This document shows positions 10,298-19,241 of a stretch of DNA of 64,000 bases, piece by piece. Location: contig JAWSVI010000003.1 of NCBI GenBank assembly GCA_033851995.1, positions 52,794 to 116,793 on the forward strand, read 5' to 3'. Made by a program: the position numbers and the translations under genes. Source of the DNA: Desulfobacteraceae bacterium. GTDB taxonomy: Bacteria > Desulfobacterota > Desulfobacteria > Desulfobacterales > Desulfobacteraceae. Under the pieces are notes generated by a model. The model did no database searches. It was not told where the DNA came from and was given only the letters and a program-made list of their open reading frames with translations. Numbering within the stretch: position 1 is the first letter of the stretch; every line of letters begins with the position of its first letter.

Positions 10298-11761
10298 ATG
10301 GCGGCCAATGTTTTAGTTGTAGATGACGAAAAAGGAATTTTAAATGTCCTTAAAATCTACCTGGAAGATGCGGGATACCGTGTATCCACTGCCCAGGATG
10401 GAAAAATCGCAGCCCGGCTGATTGATAAAAACAACTTTGAGATTATCCTTACAGATATACGGATGCCGGGGATGGATGGGATCTCCCTTCTTAAGCATGT
10501 TAAAAAAAAATCACCAGACACACAGGTCATCATGATCACCGGACACGGGGATTATAAACTGGCCATTGAAAGCTTAAAACTTGACGCTGTTGATTTCATT
10601 GCCAAACCCATTGACAACGATGTGCTGGATATTGCCCTGAAAAGGGCAAATGACAGGATAGCGGCAAGAAAAGAAATCCTGAAATATACCCGGAATCTTG
10701 AGGAAATGGTGGCTGAAAAAACCAGGGAACTGGACCAGTCCCGAATAAAGTACAGCCGCCTGTTTAATGAATCCCCGAGTTATATTACCATCCAGGACAA
10801 AGACCTGAAGATTGTTGAAACAAATAAAATTTTTGCCCGGCATTTCAATTTCGAGGAAGGCCAAACCTGCCATGAGGTATACAAAAACAGGACATCTCCA
10901 TGCCAGGATTGCCCAGTTATAAAAACATTTAAGGATGGCCAATCCCATACAGCAGAAATGGAAGTCGTGATTAAAGATGGCAGCAAGCGGCATATTTTTA
11001 TTCAGACCTCTGCTATCCATGATGAAAATGGGAAAATCAACCATGTAATGGAAATGTCCACAGATGTTACCATTATCCGTGAACTCCAGGATCATCTTGC
11101 AGCCTTAGGCCTTCATATCGGATCTGTTTCCCATGGCCTCAAGCAGCTTTTAACAGGACTGGACGGTGGATCTTATCTTATTGAAGCCGGCCTTAAAAAA
11201 CAGGATACCCCCCAGATTACAGAAGGCTGGGAGATGGTTAAGGAAAAAATCTCCGCCACCCGGGAAATGGTTCTCAATATCCTGTACCATGCAAAAAACA
11301 GGACACCTGACAAATCTGTAGTTCCTTTAAAAACCCTTATGGAAGAAATCGTATCAACCATTTCTCCAAAAGCCCACCAGGAAAAAGTTGATTTCAAGGT
11401 CGAATATCCTAAAGAGGACATTAACTTGCACATTGATAAAAAAGCCATTTTCTTTGCCTTTATCAGTGTTATAGAAAATGCCGTGGATGCCTGCCTGCAT
11501 AAAAAGGGAAAGGGAAAGGTTCAGCTCAACGTCCAGACCGCTCTTTCAAAAATAATTTTCTCGATCAAAGACAACGGGAAAGGCATGGATGAAAAACATA
11601 AAGATAAGATTTTCAGTCTTTTCTATTCTGATAAAGGAAACGAAGGGACCGGCCTTGGGCTTTTCATTGCCCAGAGGACCATCAAACAGCACAATGGCCA
11701 CATTGATGTAAATTCAAAAAAAGGTGAATATACGGAATTCATCATTACCATTCCGTTATAA
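10298..11761 (+). CDS. Hybrid receiver-PAS-histidine kinase
   Basis: Receiver (LTDIRMPG), PAS, H-box GSVSHGLK, DNGKG and GTGLGL boxes. Confidence 0.9.
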   Translation: MAANVLVVDDEKGILNVLKIYLEDAGYRVSTAQDGKIAARLIDKNNFEIILTDIRMPGMDGISLLKHVKKKSPDTQVIMITGHGDYKLAIESLKLDAVDFIAKPIDNDVLDIALKRANDRIAARKEILKYTRNLEEMVAEKTRELDQSRIKYSRLFNESPSYITIQDKDLKIVETNKIFARHFNFEEGQTCHEVYKNRTSPCQDCPVIKTFKDGQSHTAEMEVVIKDGSKRHIFIQTSAIHDENGKINHVMEMSTDVTIIRELQDHLAALGLHIGSVSHGLKQLLTGLDGGSYLIEAGLKKQDTPQITEGWEMVKEKISATREMVLNILYHAKNRTPDKSVVPLKTLMEEIVSTISPKAHQEKVDFKVEYPKEDINLHIDKKAIFFAFISVIENAVDACLHKKGKGKVQLNVQTALSKIIFSIKDNGKGMDEKHKDKIFSLFYSDKGNEGTGLGLFIAQRTIKQHNGHIDVNSKKGEYTEFIITIPL

Positions 11762-11850
11762 TTACTCCTCTTCCCTTGAAAACCACTAAACAAATGAATA
11801 GGTTAAAGCAGTAAATTCAACAACAATATGACTATGATAAGGATAGAATC

Positions 11851-12549
11851 GTGTTTACTGAAAATATAACCTATTCCGCAGCCCTGCTTGCAGGCCTGCT
11901 TTCTTTTTTCTCGCCCTGTATCCTTCCACTTCTTCCGGCATATTTTTCATTTATCACCGGCCTGTCGCTTGATGAACTGACCGAGAACAAAAAAGAGACC
12001 CGCCGAAAAGTATTTTTATCCACTATTTTTTATGTGGCAGGTTTTTCCTTTATCTTCATTCTTTTTGGAGCCTCAGCATCCTTTTTAGGCGGACTTGCTG
12101 CCCAATATTCCTGGGTGGTGAGATATATTGGAGGGGCTATTGTTCTTACCTTCGGCCTTCACCTTCTCGGTGTCATCAATATCAAGGGATTAAATTTTGA
12201 GAAAAGATTTCATGTCAATGAAAAGCCTCTTCACCTGATGGGGACCTTTGTCATTGGCATGGCATTTGGTGCAGGATGGAGCCCGTGTATCGGTCCCATG
12301 CTGGGCACCATTCTTATTGTTGCCGGCAACCAGGACACTGTCCTGAAAGGCGTGGCGCTCCTGGGTGTTTATTCAGCAGGCCTTGCAGTGCCATTTCTTG
12401 TGATCTCAATTTTTATCAACTCTATTCTTGAGATCATGAAAAAAGCAAAAAAGCTGATGATGGTAATCAATAAAGTTTCCGGTGTCCTGCTCATCGCCAT
12501 TGGCCTGCTGCTGATCTTTGATAAATTCAGACTGCTTGCCAATTTGTAA
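11851..12549 (+). CDS. ccdA: Cytochrome c biogenesis protein CcdA (DsbD TM domain)
   Basis: SFFSPCILPLLPAY and GWSPCIGP motifs, 6 TM helices; GTG start. Confidence 0.92.
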   Translation: MFTENITYSAALLAGLLSFFSPCILPLLPAYFSFITGLSLDELTENKKETRRKVFLSTIFYVAGFSFIFILFGASASFLGGLAAQYSWVVRYIGGAIVLTFGLHLLGVINIKGLNFEKRFHVNEKPLHLMGTFVIGMAFGAGWSPCIGPMLGTILIVAGNQDTVLKGVALLGVYSAGLAVPFLVISIFINSILEIMKKAKKLMMVINKVSGVLLIAIGLLLIFDKFRLLANL

Positions 12550-12577
12550 TCATTTCAACAGCCAAAGGTGTTGGCGG

Positions 12578-13837
12578 CTATTTTTTAGATATCGGAAATC
12601 CCATTCTTTTGTAAAATTCAGGCAGTTGATCAGTATTATACGAAGGGCATTCGTCCAGGATTTCAAGTGTTAACTCCTTTTTCATAGGCCACTGGGCCTG
12701 CTGTTTTGAAAAAACAACATCATTGCTGAGATTGGCATAGCATGAGGGTCCCGGGGTATTGAAATGACGGCTGGTTTCCTCCCAGATGCTTTGGATGGAT
12801 CGTTCAAGGATATTGCCAAATGACATCATGGTAAAATCACAAGGGCAGACATTTCCCTGGGAATCGATAAACATATAGTTAAAGCCTGCCCCACACCCAT
12901 AGTATTTTTCACTTTCAAAAAAATCATAGGCAAACACGCCCGGATACCCTTTGGTGCGGGTACATTTTTTCTGTATTTCAAAGATGGTTTTCACATTTTC
13001 AGGTGACAGTTTTTCTTCAGGTTTGCTGGTGAGTTTCCCGCTCAGGATTGGAGACGTGAGCCGCATATCATTAATCCCGATATCCTTGAAAAAGTCTATT
13101 ACCTTGAAAAGTTCAGGCCTGTTACTGACAAGCGGCTTATCCGGGACAAACGAAACCGCCACATAAAATCCTTCATCCTGGAATAGCTTTATGGCATTCA
13201 GTGCATAATTGAAAATACCTTTCTTTCTTCTGCCCTGGTCATGAATTTCCTCTTTATAATGATCAAGACTGATCACCGGGATTTCCAGCCCTGCTTTTTT
13301 GAGTTTTTTCACCCGCTTTTGAGTCAGCTTGTACCCGGTTGTAAATATAACCGGCATTGAGCGATGATCAATTGTGGCGATAATATCTTCAAGATCATCT
13401 CTCAGCAGAGGCTCTCCCCCGGTCAGGCCGATCACGCTCGATCCCATATCCTGAACATCGGAAATCGCCTTTTTCAGTTGTTCAAACGAAAGCAGATCCT
13501 TTTTGGATCGGTCAGAAAATGAACAATGCCAGCAGTTGCAAGGGCATTGAGGGGTGATAGCAAAATTAGTAACCACCGGCATAGGTTTCCCGGCTGATAC
13601 GGACACCACACCTTTTAAAAAACGGTCATATGCCTGTGATGGGAAATAAGGGGTAAATGTATTGGTGTATACTTTATTGCCGATCCTGGTAAGCTTACTT
13701 TCCTTTGACACATAATTCATGGCCAGCTTCTGACGAATAGACAGCGGTTTAAGTTCTTTGTTCAAACCCATTTTCAGGGTAGTCAAAATTTTTTGAAGGC
13801 CGTATAGCTGTTTCCCGTTATGTTTTCGCATTCTCAC
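12578..13837 (-). CDS. Radical SAM / SPASM-domain protein
   Basis: CPCNCWHC (CxxxCxxC), LTGGEPL, C-terminal CGAG...GNVCPC...C SPASM-like motif. Confidence 0.88.
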   Translation of the reverse strand: MRMRKHNGKQLYGLQKILTTLKMGLNKELKPLSIRQKLAMNYVSKESKLTRIGNKVYTNTFTPYFPSQAYDRFLKGVVSVSAGKPMPVVTNFAITPQCPCNCWHCSFSDRSKKDLLSFEQLKKAISDVQDMGSSVIGLTGGEPLLRDDLEDIIATIDHRSMPVIFTTGYKLTQKRVKKLKKAGLEIPVISLDHYKEEIHDQGRRKKGIFNYALNAIKLFQDEGFYVAVSFVPDKPLVSNRPELFKVIDFFKDIGINDMRLTSPILSGKLTSKPEEKLSPENVKTIFEIQKKCTRTKGYPGVFAYDFFESEKYYGCGAGFNYMFIDSQGNVCPCDFTMMSFGNILERSIQSIWEETSRHFNTPGPSCYANLSNDVVFSKQQAQWPMKKELTLEILDECPSYNTDQLPEFYKRMGFPISKK

Positions 13838-13970
13838 CCCAGTTTTTTACTTTAATTGATTTTATGCTGCTGTATAAAAACAAAAAAATCTTAACCTGAA
13901 GCTCGACAAAGATCTATTAAAAAATTATATAGTTGATATCTTTTTTTTCATTCAACCGGAGGCCGACAGT

Positions 13971-14408
13971 ATGGGCAAGCAACATATTCAAATCACAGAA
14001 TCATTCAATGCACCTGTTGAAACAATTTTTAAAATTTTAACAAACCATGAGGAGTTCGGCCGGGTTATAAACGCCAAAATCAAACGAGTTGTTGACAGCC
14101 AGAGAGAAAATAAAAACGGCACAGGTTCTGTCAGGAGGATTAATGCATTCCCTGGCATCTCATTTGAGGAATCTGTAACCGCATTCGAACAAAATAGATT
14201 TATGGAATATACAGTCAGTAAGGGGAGCCCTATTAAAAACCATAAAGGACGAATGGAATTCTCCGAACATGAAGGTATAACAAGACTTAACTACACCATT
14301 GACTTTGAACCAAAACTGAGCGTTCCCTTCTGGGGATCTATCCTGAAAGCTGTTATAGGAAAACCAATACAAAAAAGTTTAAAACAATTTGCCGAGCGTT
14401 TTAAATAG
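13971..14408 (+). CDS. SRPBCC (START/Bet v1-like) family protein
   Basis: FNAPVETIFKILTNHE, GTGSVR, HKGRMEF pattern of polyketide cyclase/SRPBCC fold. Confidence 0.8.
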   Translation: MGKQHIQITESFNAPVETIFKILTNHEEFGRVINAKIKRVVDSQRENKNGTGSVRRINAFPGISFEESVTAFEQNRFMEYTVSKGSPIKNHKGRMEFSEHEGITRLNYTIDFEPKLSVPFWGSILKAVIGKPIQKSLKQFAERFK

Positions 14409-14522
14409 AGCACTCCCCATTAAGCAGACATTACTCCCCAAAAGTATAAATACAACATAATTTCATATTACTAAAATTTTCCTTGACATATGGTTTAATA
14501 TTCTGGAATAAGGAGTGAGTAA

Positions 14523-14681
14523 TTTTCAGGTGCCGCACATAACGGCTGAATAGGGAACCCTGTGAGAGTCAGGGACGGACCCGCCGCTGTAATCGGAGAC
14601 AATTGCTGAATTCATGCCACTGGATAAAACCGGGAAGGCGCAGCCAATTGGATGACCCGAAAGTCAGAAGACCTGCCTGGA
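14523..14681 (+). ncRNA. Cobalamin riboswitch 1
   Basis: CAGGTGC...AATAGGGAA...CCGCCGCTGTAA...GCCACTG...GGGAAGG...AGTCAGAAGACCTGCC conserved B12-element blocks. Confidence 0.95.
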
Positions 14682-14734
14682 TCTATAACAGTTATCTCCC
14701 GGAAAGAGGTAACTGCTCATGTGGATTAAAAACG

Positions 14735-14778
14735 AAATCCCTGATCAATTAAAACGGCATTTGATCAGGGATTTTTTT
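14735..14778 (+). terminator. Intrinsic terminator (expression platform of riboswitch 1)
   Basis: AAATCCCTGATCAA ... TTGATCAGGGATTT stem followed by T-run, upstream of cbiK start. Confidence 0.8.
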
Positions 14779-14796
14779 ATTGCAAAAGGAAAAATG

Positions 14797-15675
14797 ATGA
14801 AAAAATATCAATGGATTACACTAACGTTCTGCATTATTTTCTGCCTGGGCATATCAACTGCCTATGCATCCGGACATGGCCATAGTGCTGAGAAAAAAAC
14901 AGGCATTTTACTAGTTGCTTTTGGTTCCAGTGAAGCATCCGCACAAATTTCTTTTGAAAAGATCGACAAAAAAGTCAAAGCAACCTACCCTGGCATACCT
15001 GTACGCTGGGCGTACACCTCGCATATTATCCGGAACAAACTGGCCAAACAGGGAAAACATCTGGACTCTCCTGAAGTGGCACTTGCTAAAATGATGGATG
15101 AAAAATTTACCCATGTGGCTGTCCAGTCGCTTCACACCATTATTGGCGCTGAGTATGATGATTTAAAAAGAACAGTTAGTGGGTTCAAATTGACTGGTGG
15201 GTTTGAAAAAATTATCCTTGGGTATCCCCTAATGGCCACCCAACATGATATGGAAAAAGTAGTTGATGCCATCATCAGCATAATCCCCAGGGAACGAAAA
15301 AAAAACGAGGCTGTTGTCTTAATGGGTCACGGCACCCACCATCCGGCCAATGCCTTTTACGCAGCTTTAATGTTCCAGCTTCAACTCAAAGATCCCAATA
15401 TTTTTGTGGGTACCGTTGAAGGATACCCGGAAGTGGATGATATCCTCACTCTTTTAAAGAAAAATAATATCAAAAAAGCCTATCTTCTGCCGTTCATGTC
15501 AGTTGCCGGTGACCATGCTAAAAATGATATGGCAGGTGATGAAGATGACTCATGGAAAACGATCTTTACAAAAGCCGGGATTCAATGCATCCCGGTATTG
15601 AAAGGAACTGCAGAATTTGATGAATTTATCGATATCTGGGTAGAGCACATTAAAGCGCCGCTCGCCCATTTCTAA
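14797..15675 (+). CDS. cbiK: Sirohydrochlorin cobaltochelatase, exported (CbiK-periplasmic type)
   Basis: ILLVAFGSS, MGHGTHH, VAGDHAKNDMAG motifs; signal peptide MKKYQWITL...AYA; AAGGA RBS before ATG 14794/14797. Confidence 0.9.
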   Translation: MKKYQWITLTFCIIFCLGISTAYASGHGHSAEKKTGILLVAFGSSEASAQISFEKIDKKVKATYPGIPVRWAYTSHIIRNKLAKQGKHLDSPEVALAKMMDEKFTHVAVQSLHTIIGAEYDDLKRTVSGFKLTGGFEKIILGYPLMATQHDMEKVVDAIISIIPRERKKNEAVVLMGHGTHHPANAFYAALMFQLQLKDPNIFVGTVEGYPEVDDILTLLKKNNIKKAYLLPFMSVAGDHAKNDMAGDEDDSWKTIFTKAGIQCIPVLKGTAEFDEFIDIWVEHIKAPLAHF

Positions 15676-15688
15676 CCAAAAAAAATAG

Positions 15689-15848
15689 CTTTCAGGTGCT
15701 GTAAAAAGCTTAATAGGGAACTCCTGTGTAACTCAGGGACGGGCCCGCCGCTGTAACCGGGGACGAATACTGCAATATACCACTGACCAGATGGTTGGGA
15801 AGGTGCAGATATAAGGATAATCCGGAAAGTCAGAAGACCTGCCTGAAA
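15689..15848 (+). ncRNA. Cobalamin riboswitch 2
   Basis: CAGGTGC...AATAGGGAA...GCCCGCCGCTGTAA...CCACTG...GGGAAGG...AGTCAGAAGACCTGCCTG. Confidence 0.95.
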
Positions 15849-15919
15849 TAATCGTACAAGATCAGTGTTACTCTTCGTGGACAAGGGAGTGGCATATCCA
15901 GTCTGAGGAAAAATCAGGG

Positions 15920-15955
15920 AACCCCAGACCATGTAAAATGGTCCGGGGTTTTTTA
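15920..15955 (+). terminator. Intrinsic terminator (expression platform of riboswitch 2)
   Basis: AACCCCAGACCAT-GTAAA-ATGGTCCGGGGTT followed by T-run. Confidence 0.8.
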
Positions 15956-15994
15956 TTTCTAAGCCCCGGCAATTAAAAACTATTGGAGTAAAAC

Positions 15995-17956
15995 ATGAAT
16001 ATAAGCTTAAAGTGGCTAAAACTATATGTAGTATTGGCCTGTCTAATTTTTTCATTGGCTGTTGAGGCAAACGAAATCAGTCAGAAGACAAATGGAGCAA
16101 AGCTGGATGAAGTCGTTGTAACAGCAACACGGACAGATTCTATTTTAGGAAAAATTGGCGGAACTTCGGCAACGGTGATTACTGCACAGGATATTGAAGC
16201 AAAACAACAAACAACGGTTGAGGAAGTTCTTAAAGGGGTGCCGGGCCTCGATATTGTTGCAAATGGAGGACCCGGTACAATGTCGTCCGTCTTTACCAGA
16301 GGCGCCGATTCAAAAAACACACTGATTTTGATTGACGGCATCATGTTCAATGATCCTTCAGGGAGCAACAGAGGGGCCGACCTTGCCAATCTGACCGTTG
16401 ACAATATTGAACGGATTGAAGTTGTCCGGGGACCATTGAGTGTCTTATATGGAAGTAATGCCACAGCGGGTGTCATTAATATCATCACAAAAAAAGGAAA
16501 AGGAAAACCAACTGCTTATGCGGGTGCTGAAGGCGGTTCCTACGGCACTTGGAAAACCTACGGAGGTGTCTCGGGTTCAATTGGAAAATCAAACTACTCT
16601 TTATCAGCCTCAAAAGCTGAAACCGATGGATTTTCCATTGCAAATGATGACAATGATCGCATTCCTCATTCAGGCAATACATCTGAGGATGATGGATGGG
16701 AAAACCTGACCCTGTCTGGTAAAGTCGGATATGAATTCACAAATGATTTTGATATTCAGGCTGTTATCAGATACCTGGATTCAGAAGTGGAAACAGACGA
16801 TTGGGGCCCAGGATACACTGGAGACCGTTTTGACGGATACCCATATACAGCCAATCCCACCGGGACAAAAGAGCAGCGGACGGAAAGTGAACAGTTCTTT
16901 GGAAAGGTAAATCTGCACAACTATTTTTTTGAGCGCTTCTTTGAATCCACCCTGGCCTACCAGATTTCTGATCATGAAAGACAAAGTTATGAAAATGACG
17001 GCAGCCAATCCTATGACTATGAAGGTAAGACAAGAGAAGCTTCATGGCAGGGCACTTTGAACTTCAGTGATATGAACTATTTAACCGCCGGTGCTGCCTA
17101 TTTTGAAGAGGAAATGGAAAGTCAATCCTCCAGCATCATCAATAAAGAAGCCGATACCAAAAGCATCTGGATACAGGACCAGTTCATTTGGGGACAGGGG
17201 TTTGATATAATTGTTGGAATTCGACGTGATGATCATTCAAAATTCGGCAGCAAATCAACCTATCGATTTGCTCCGGCATATACCATCGAAAAAACGAACA
17301 CAACTTTGAAAGCAAGCTACGGAACGGGCTTTCGGGCACCCTCCCTATTTGAACTATACTCTTCCTATGGCAGTGAAACACTTAAACCGGAAGAAAGCAA
17401 AGGCTGGGATATTGGTTTTGAACAAAGTTTTGCCAATGAAAGGGTTAGGTTCGGTGTAAACTATTTTGATATGGTGTTTGACAATCGAATTGGGTTCAAC
17501 ATGACCACATGGTTATATGATCAACTGGAAGGTGACACAAAAGTTAAAGGCGTTGAATCCTTTGTAAGCTGGATGCCTACAGATGACTTGAATTTCACAT
17601 TGAATTATACATATAACGACACGGAAGATCCGAACGGTAATAAGCTGGTACGGCGACCGGAAAATAAGGTTCACCTTAATACCAATTACCGTTTTCTGCA
17701 AAAAGCCATGGTCAATCTTGATTTTTTCTGGGTTGGAGACAGGGAGGCGAATTCAAGTTCAGCAGATATGAACGGAAATTCTGTAGAAACACTGGGCGCC
17801 TATACTGTCGTCAACCTTTCTGCAAGCTATGATGTAACCAACCATATTAAAATATATGGAAATGTCGATAATGTGTTTGACGAAGAGTATGAGGAAGCCT
17901 GGAGTTATGCGACACCTGGCCGTTCTGCATATGTTGGTATGAAATTTACTTACTAA
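15995..17956 (+). CDS. btuB: TonB-dependent outer-membrane receptor, BtuB-like
   Basis: TonB box LDEVVVTATRT, plug IERIEVVRGPLSVLYGS, C-terminal PGRSAYVGMKFTY; under a B12 riboswitch. Confidence 0.85.
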   Translation: MNISLKWLKLYVVLACLIFSLAVEANEISQKTNGAKLDEVVVTATRTDSILGKIGGTSATVITAQDIEAKQQTTVEEVLKGVPGLDIVANGGPGTMSSVFTRGADSKNTLILIDGIMFNDPSGSNRGADLANLTVDNIERIEVVRGPLSVLYGSNATAGVINIITKKGKGKPTAYAGAEGGSYGTWKTYGGVSGSIGKSNYSLSASKAETDGFSIANDDNDRIPHSGNTSEDDGWENLTLSGKVGYEFTNDFDIQAVIRYLDSEVETDDWGPGYTGDRFDGYPYTANPTGTKEQRTESEQFFGKVNLHNYFFERFFESTLAYQISDHERQSYENDGSQSYDYEGKTREASWQGTLNFSDMNYLTAGAAYFEEEMESQSSSIINKEADTKSIWIQDQFIWGQGFDIIVGIRRDDHSKFGSKSTYRFAPAYTIEKTNTTLKASYGTGFRAPSLFELYSSYGSETLKPEESKGWDIGFEQSFANERVRFGVNYFDMVFDNRIGFNMTTWLYDQLEGDTKVKGVESFVSWMPTDDLNFTLNYTYNDTEDPNGNKLVRRPENKVHLNTNYRFLQKAMVNLDFFWVGDREANSSSADMNGNSVETLGAYTVVNLSASYDVTNHIKIYGNVDNVFDEEYEEAWSYATPGRSAYVGMKFTY

Positions 17957-17985
17957 CAATTCTGCAAAAAAAATTATAGATTTTT

Positions 17986-19239
17986 ATGGAATTTAAAACA
18001 CTTATAATCGGCCTTTTTTTGTCCACCGCCGCCTTTGCTGTAAAAGCCGGCGGTGGGCTGGCCTATCTTTTTTTACAGACACCGGACAAACGACAAAAGG
18101 CAGTTGCCTCTTTTGGATTCATGGTTGTATATGGACTTGTTTTTCTGCTTGCAGCTCTTATTCTGGCAAAGATCAACCTGACCCGTCATCTTGATCTGCT
18201 GCAGGGATTTTTCAAGAGCGGAATGACGCTCCATTTTCTATTAGCCCTTCTTTTGGCAGTATGGGGCATCAGACTCCTTTTGAAAAACAGACAGGACAAG
18301 CAGGCCACGCAGGCCTGGATTCCACTGCTAATCCCCTGCCCGGTATGTTTCAGTGTAATTCTTTTATCCTGCTCTTTTGTGTCAGCCCTGTATCCTGGTA
18401 GTTTTCTTGTATTTGTGTATCTTTATGCCGGTTTTATCCTGATCAGTCTTACAGTTGCTGCTTTTTTTACCTTTATGATCAGAAAACAAAAAAAAGCCTT
18501 GGCTTTTTTAGGCACATTGATGCTCTATATCGCTGGATACTTTATGTTATCCGTTATTCTGATTCCCCAGTTTGCGGATCTCGAAAGAATTTATAGAATT
18601 TCTCTTATTGAAAAAGGAATAGCCATGCAGATTTTTGCATTATTAAAAACATTTATTTACCTTATTGCATCGTCCCTTTTCGCACCGGTGCTGCTGATTC
18701 TATCCTGCCTGGTTTTATGGATGCTGGCGTATTCCGGCACTTTTTTTATATCCTGGATTCAAAGGCGCAGAATGCAGGTTAAAGCAGGAGAGCTACCGGA
18801 ACTTATCCTTTCCGGGCATACCGATTCCATATTGCCTGGCCCGGTTGCAGTCTTAACAAAAAAGCTTAAAAAAATACAGGCCCAGAAAAACCCTGCCCTT
18901 GTTATTAATCTGCTTCGAGATTCCGAACACAACCTCTGGAAATCATTGGACAGTTTAAAAATGATGATCCGTATTGGGCCGGGACTGGGATTGATCGGCA
19001 CCCTGATTCCTATGGGAACCGGCCTGGCTTCCCTTGGCCAGGGGGATCTTGGTCAACTCAGCCAGGATCTGGTGGTTGCCTTTACCACAACAGTTGTGGG
19101 TATGGCCCTGGGACTTTTGGCCTATTTTTTCTTTACAATTCAACACCGCTGGATAGAACAGGACATAAAAAACATGGAACTGGCTGCAGAACTGCTCTGC
19201 GGAGAACAGGCCCAAACCCGGACAATAAGGGCGGCCTGA
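17986..19239 (+). CDS. DUF2162-type membrane protein fused in frame to a MotA/TolQ/ExbB proton-channel domain
   Basis: N half: AFAVKAG, IPCPVC, multiple TMs (DUF2162-like); C half from M214: GPGLGLIGTLIPM, AFTTTVVG (ExbB/MotA). Confidence 0.8.
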   Translation: MEFKTLIIGLFLSTAAFAVKAGGGLAYLFLQTPDKRQKAVASFGFMVVYGLVFLLAALILAKINLTRHLDLLQGFFKSGMTLHFLLALLLAVWGIRLLLKNRQDKQATQAWIPLLIPCPVCFSVILLSCSFVSALYPGSFLVFVYLYAGFILISLTVAAFFTFMIRKQKKALAFLGTLMLYIAGYFMLSVILIPQFADLERIYRISLIEKGIAMQIFALLKTFIYLIASSLFAPVLLILSCLVLWMLAYSGTFFISWIQRRRMQVKAGELPELILSGHTDSILPGPVAVLTKKLKKIQAQKNPALVINLLRDSEHNLWKSLDSLKMMIRIGPGLGLIGTLIPMGTGLASLGQGDLGQLSQDLVVAFTTTVVGMALGLLAYFFFTIQHRWIEQDIKNMELAAELLCGEQAQTRTIRAA

Positions 19240-19241
19240 TA

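Noticed and set aside
12578-13837. RiPP maturase cluster
   Set aside because: No small precursor ORF, PqqD/RRE, peptidase or exporter adjacent
14719-14796. Longer cbiK start given by the ORF track
   Set aside because: Runs through the riboswitch terminator; RBS and signal peptide support 14794/14797. Similar over-long starts were trimmed at 4059, 23655, 31478, 37733, 43097, 58402, 59177 and 59298
15672-16070. 132 aa minus-strand ORF
   Set aside because: Antisense to riboswitch 2 and the receptor start; no motif
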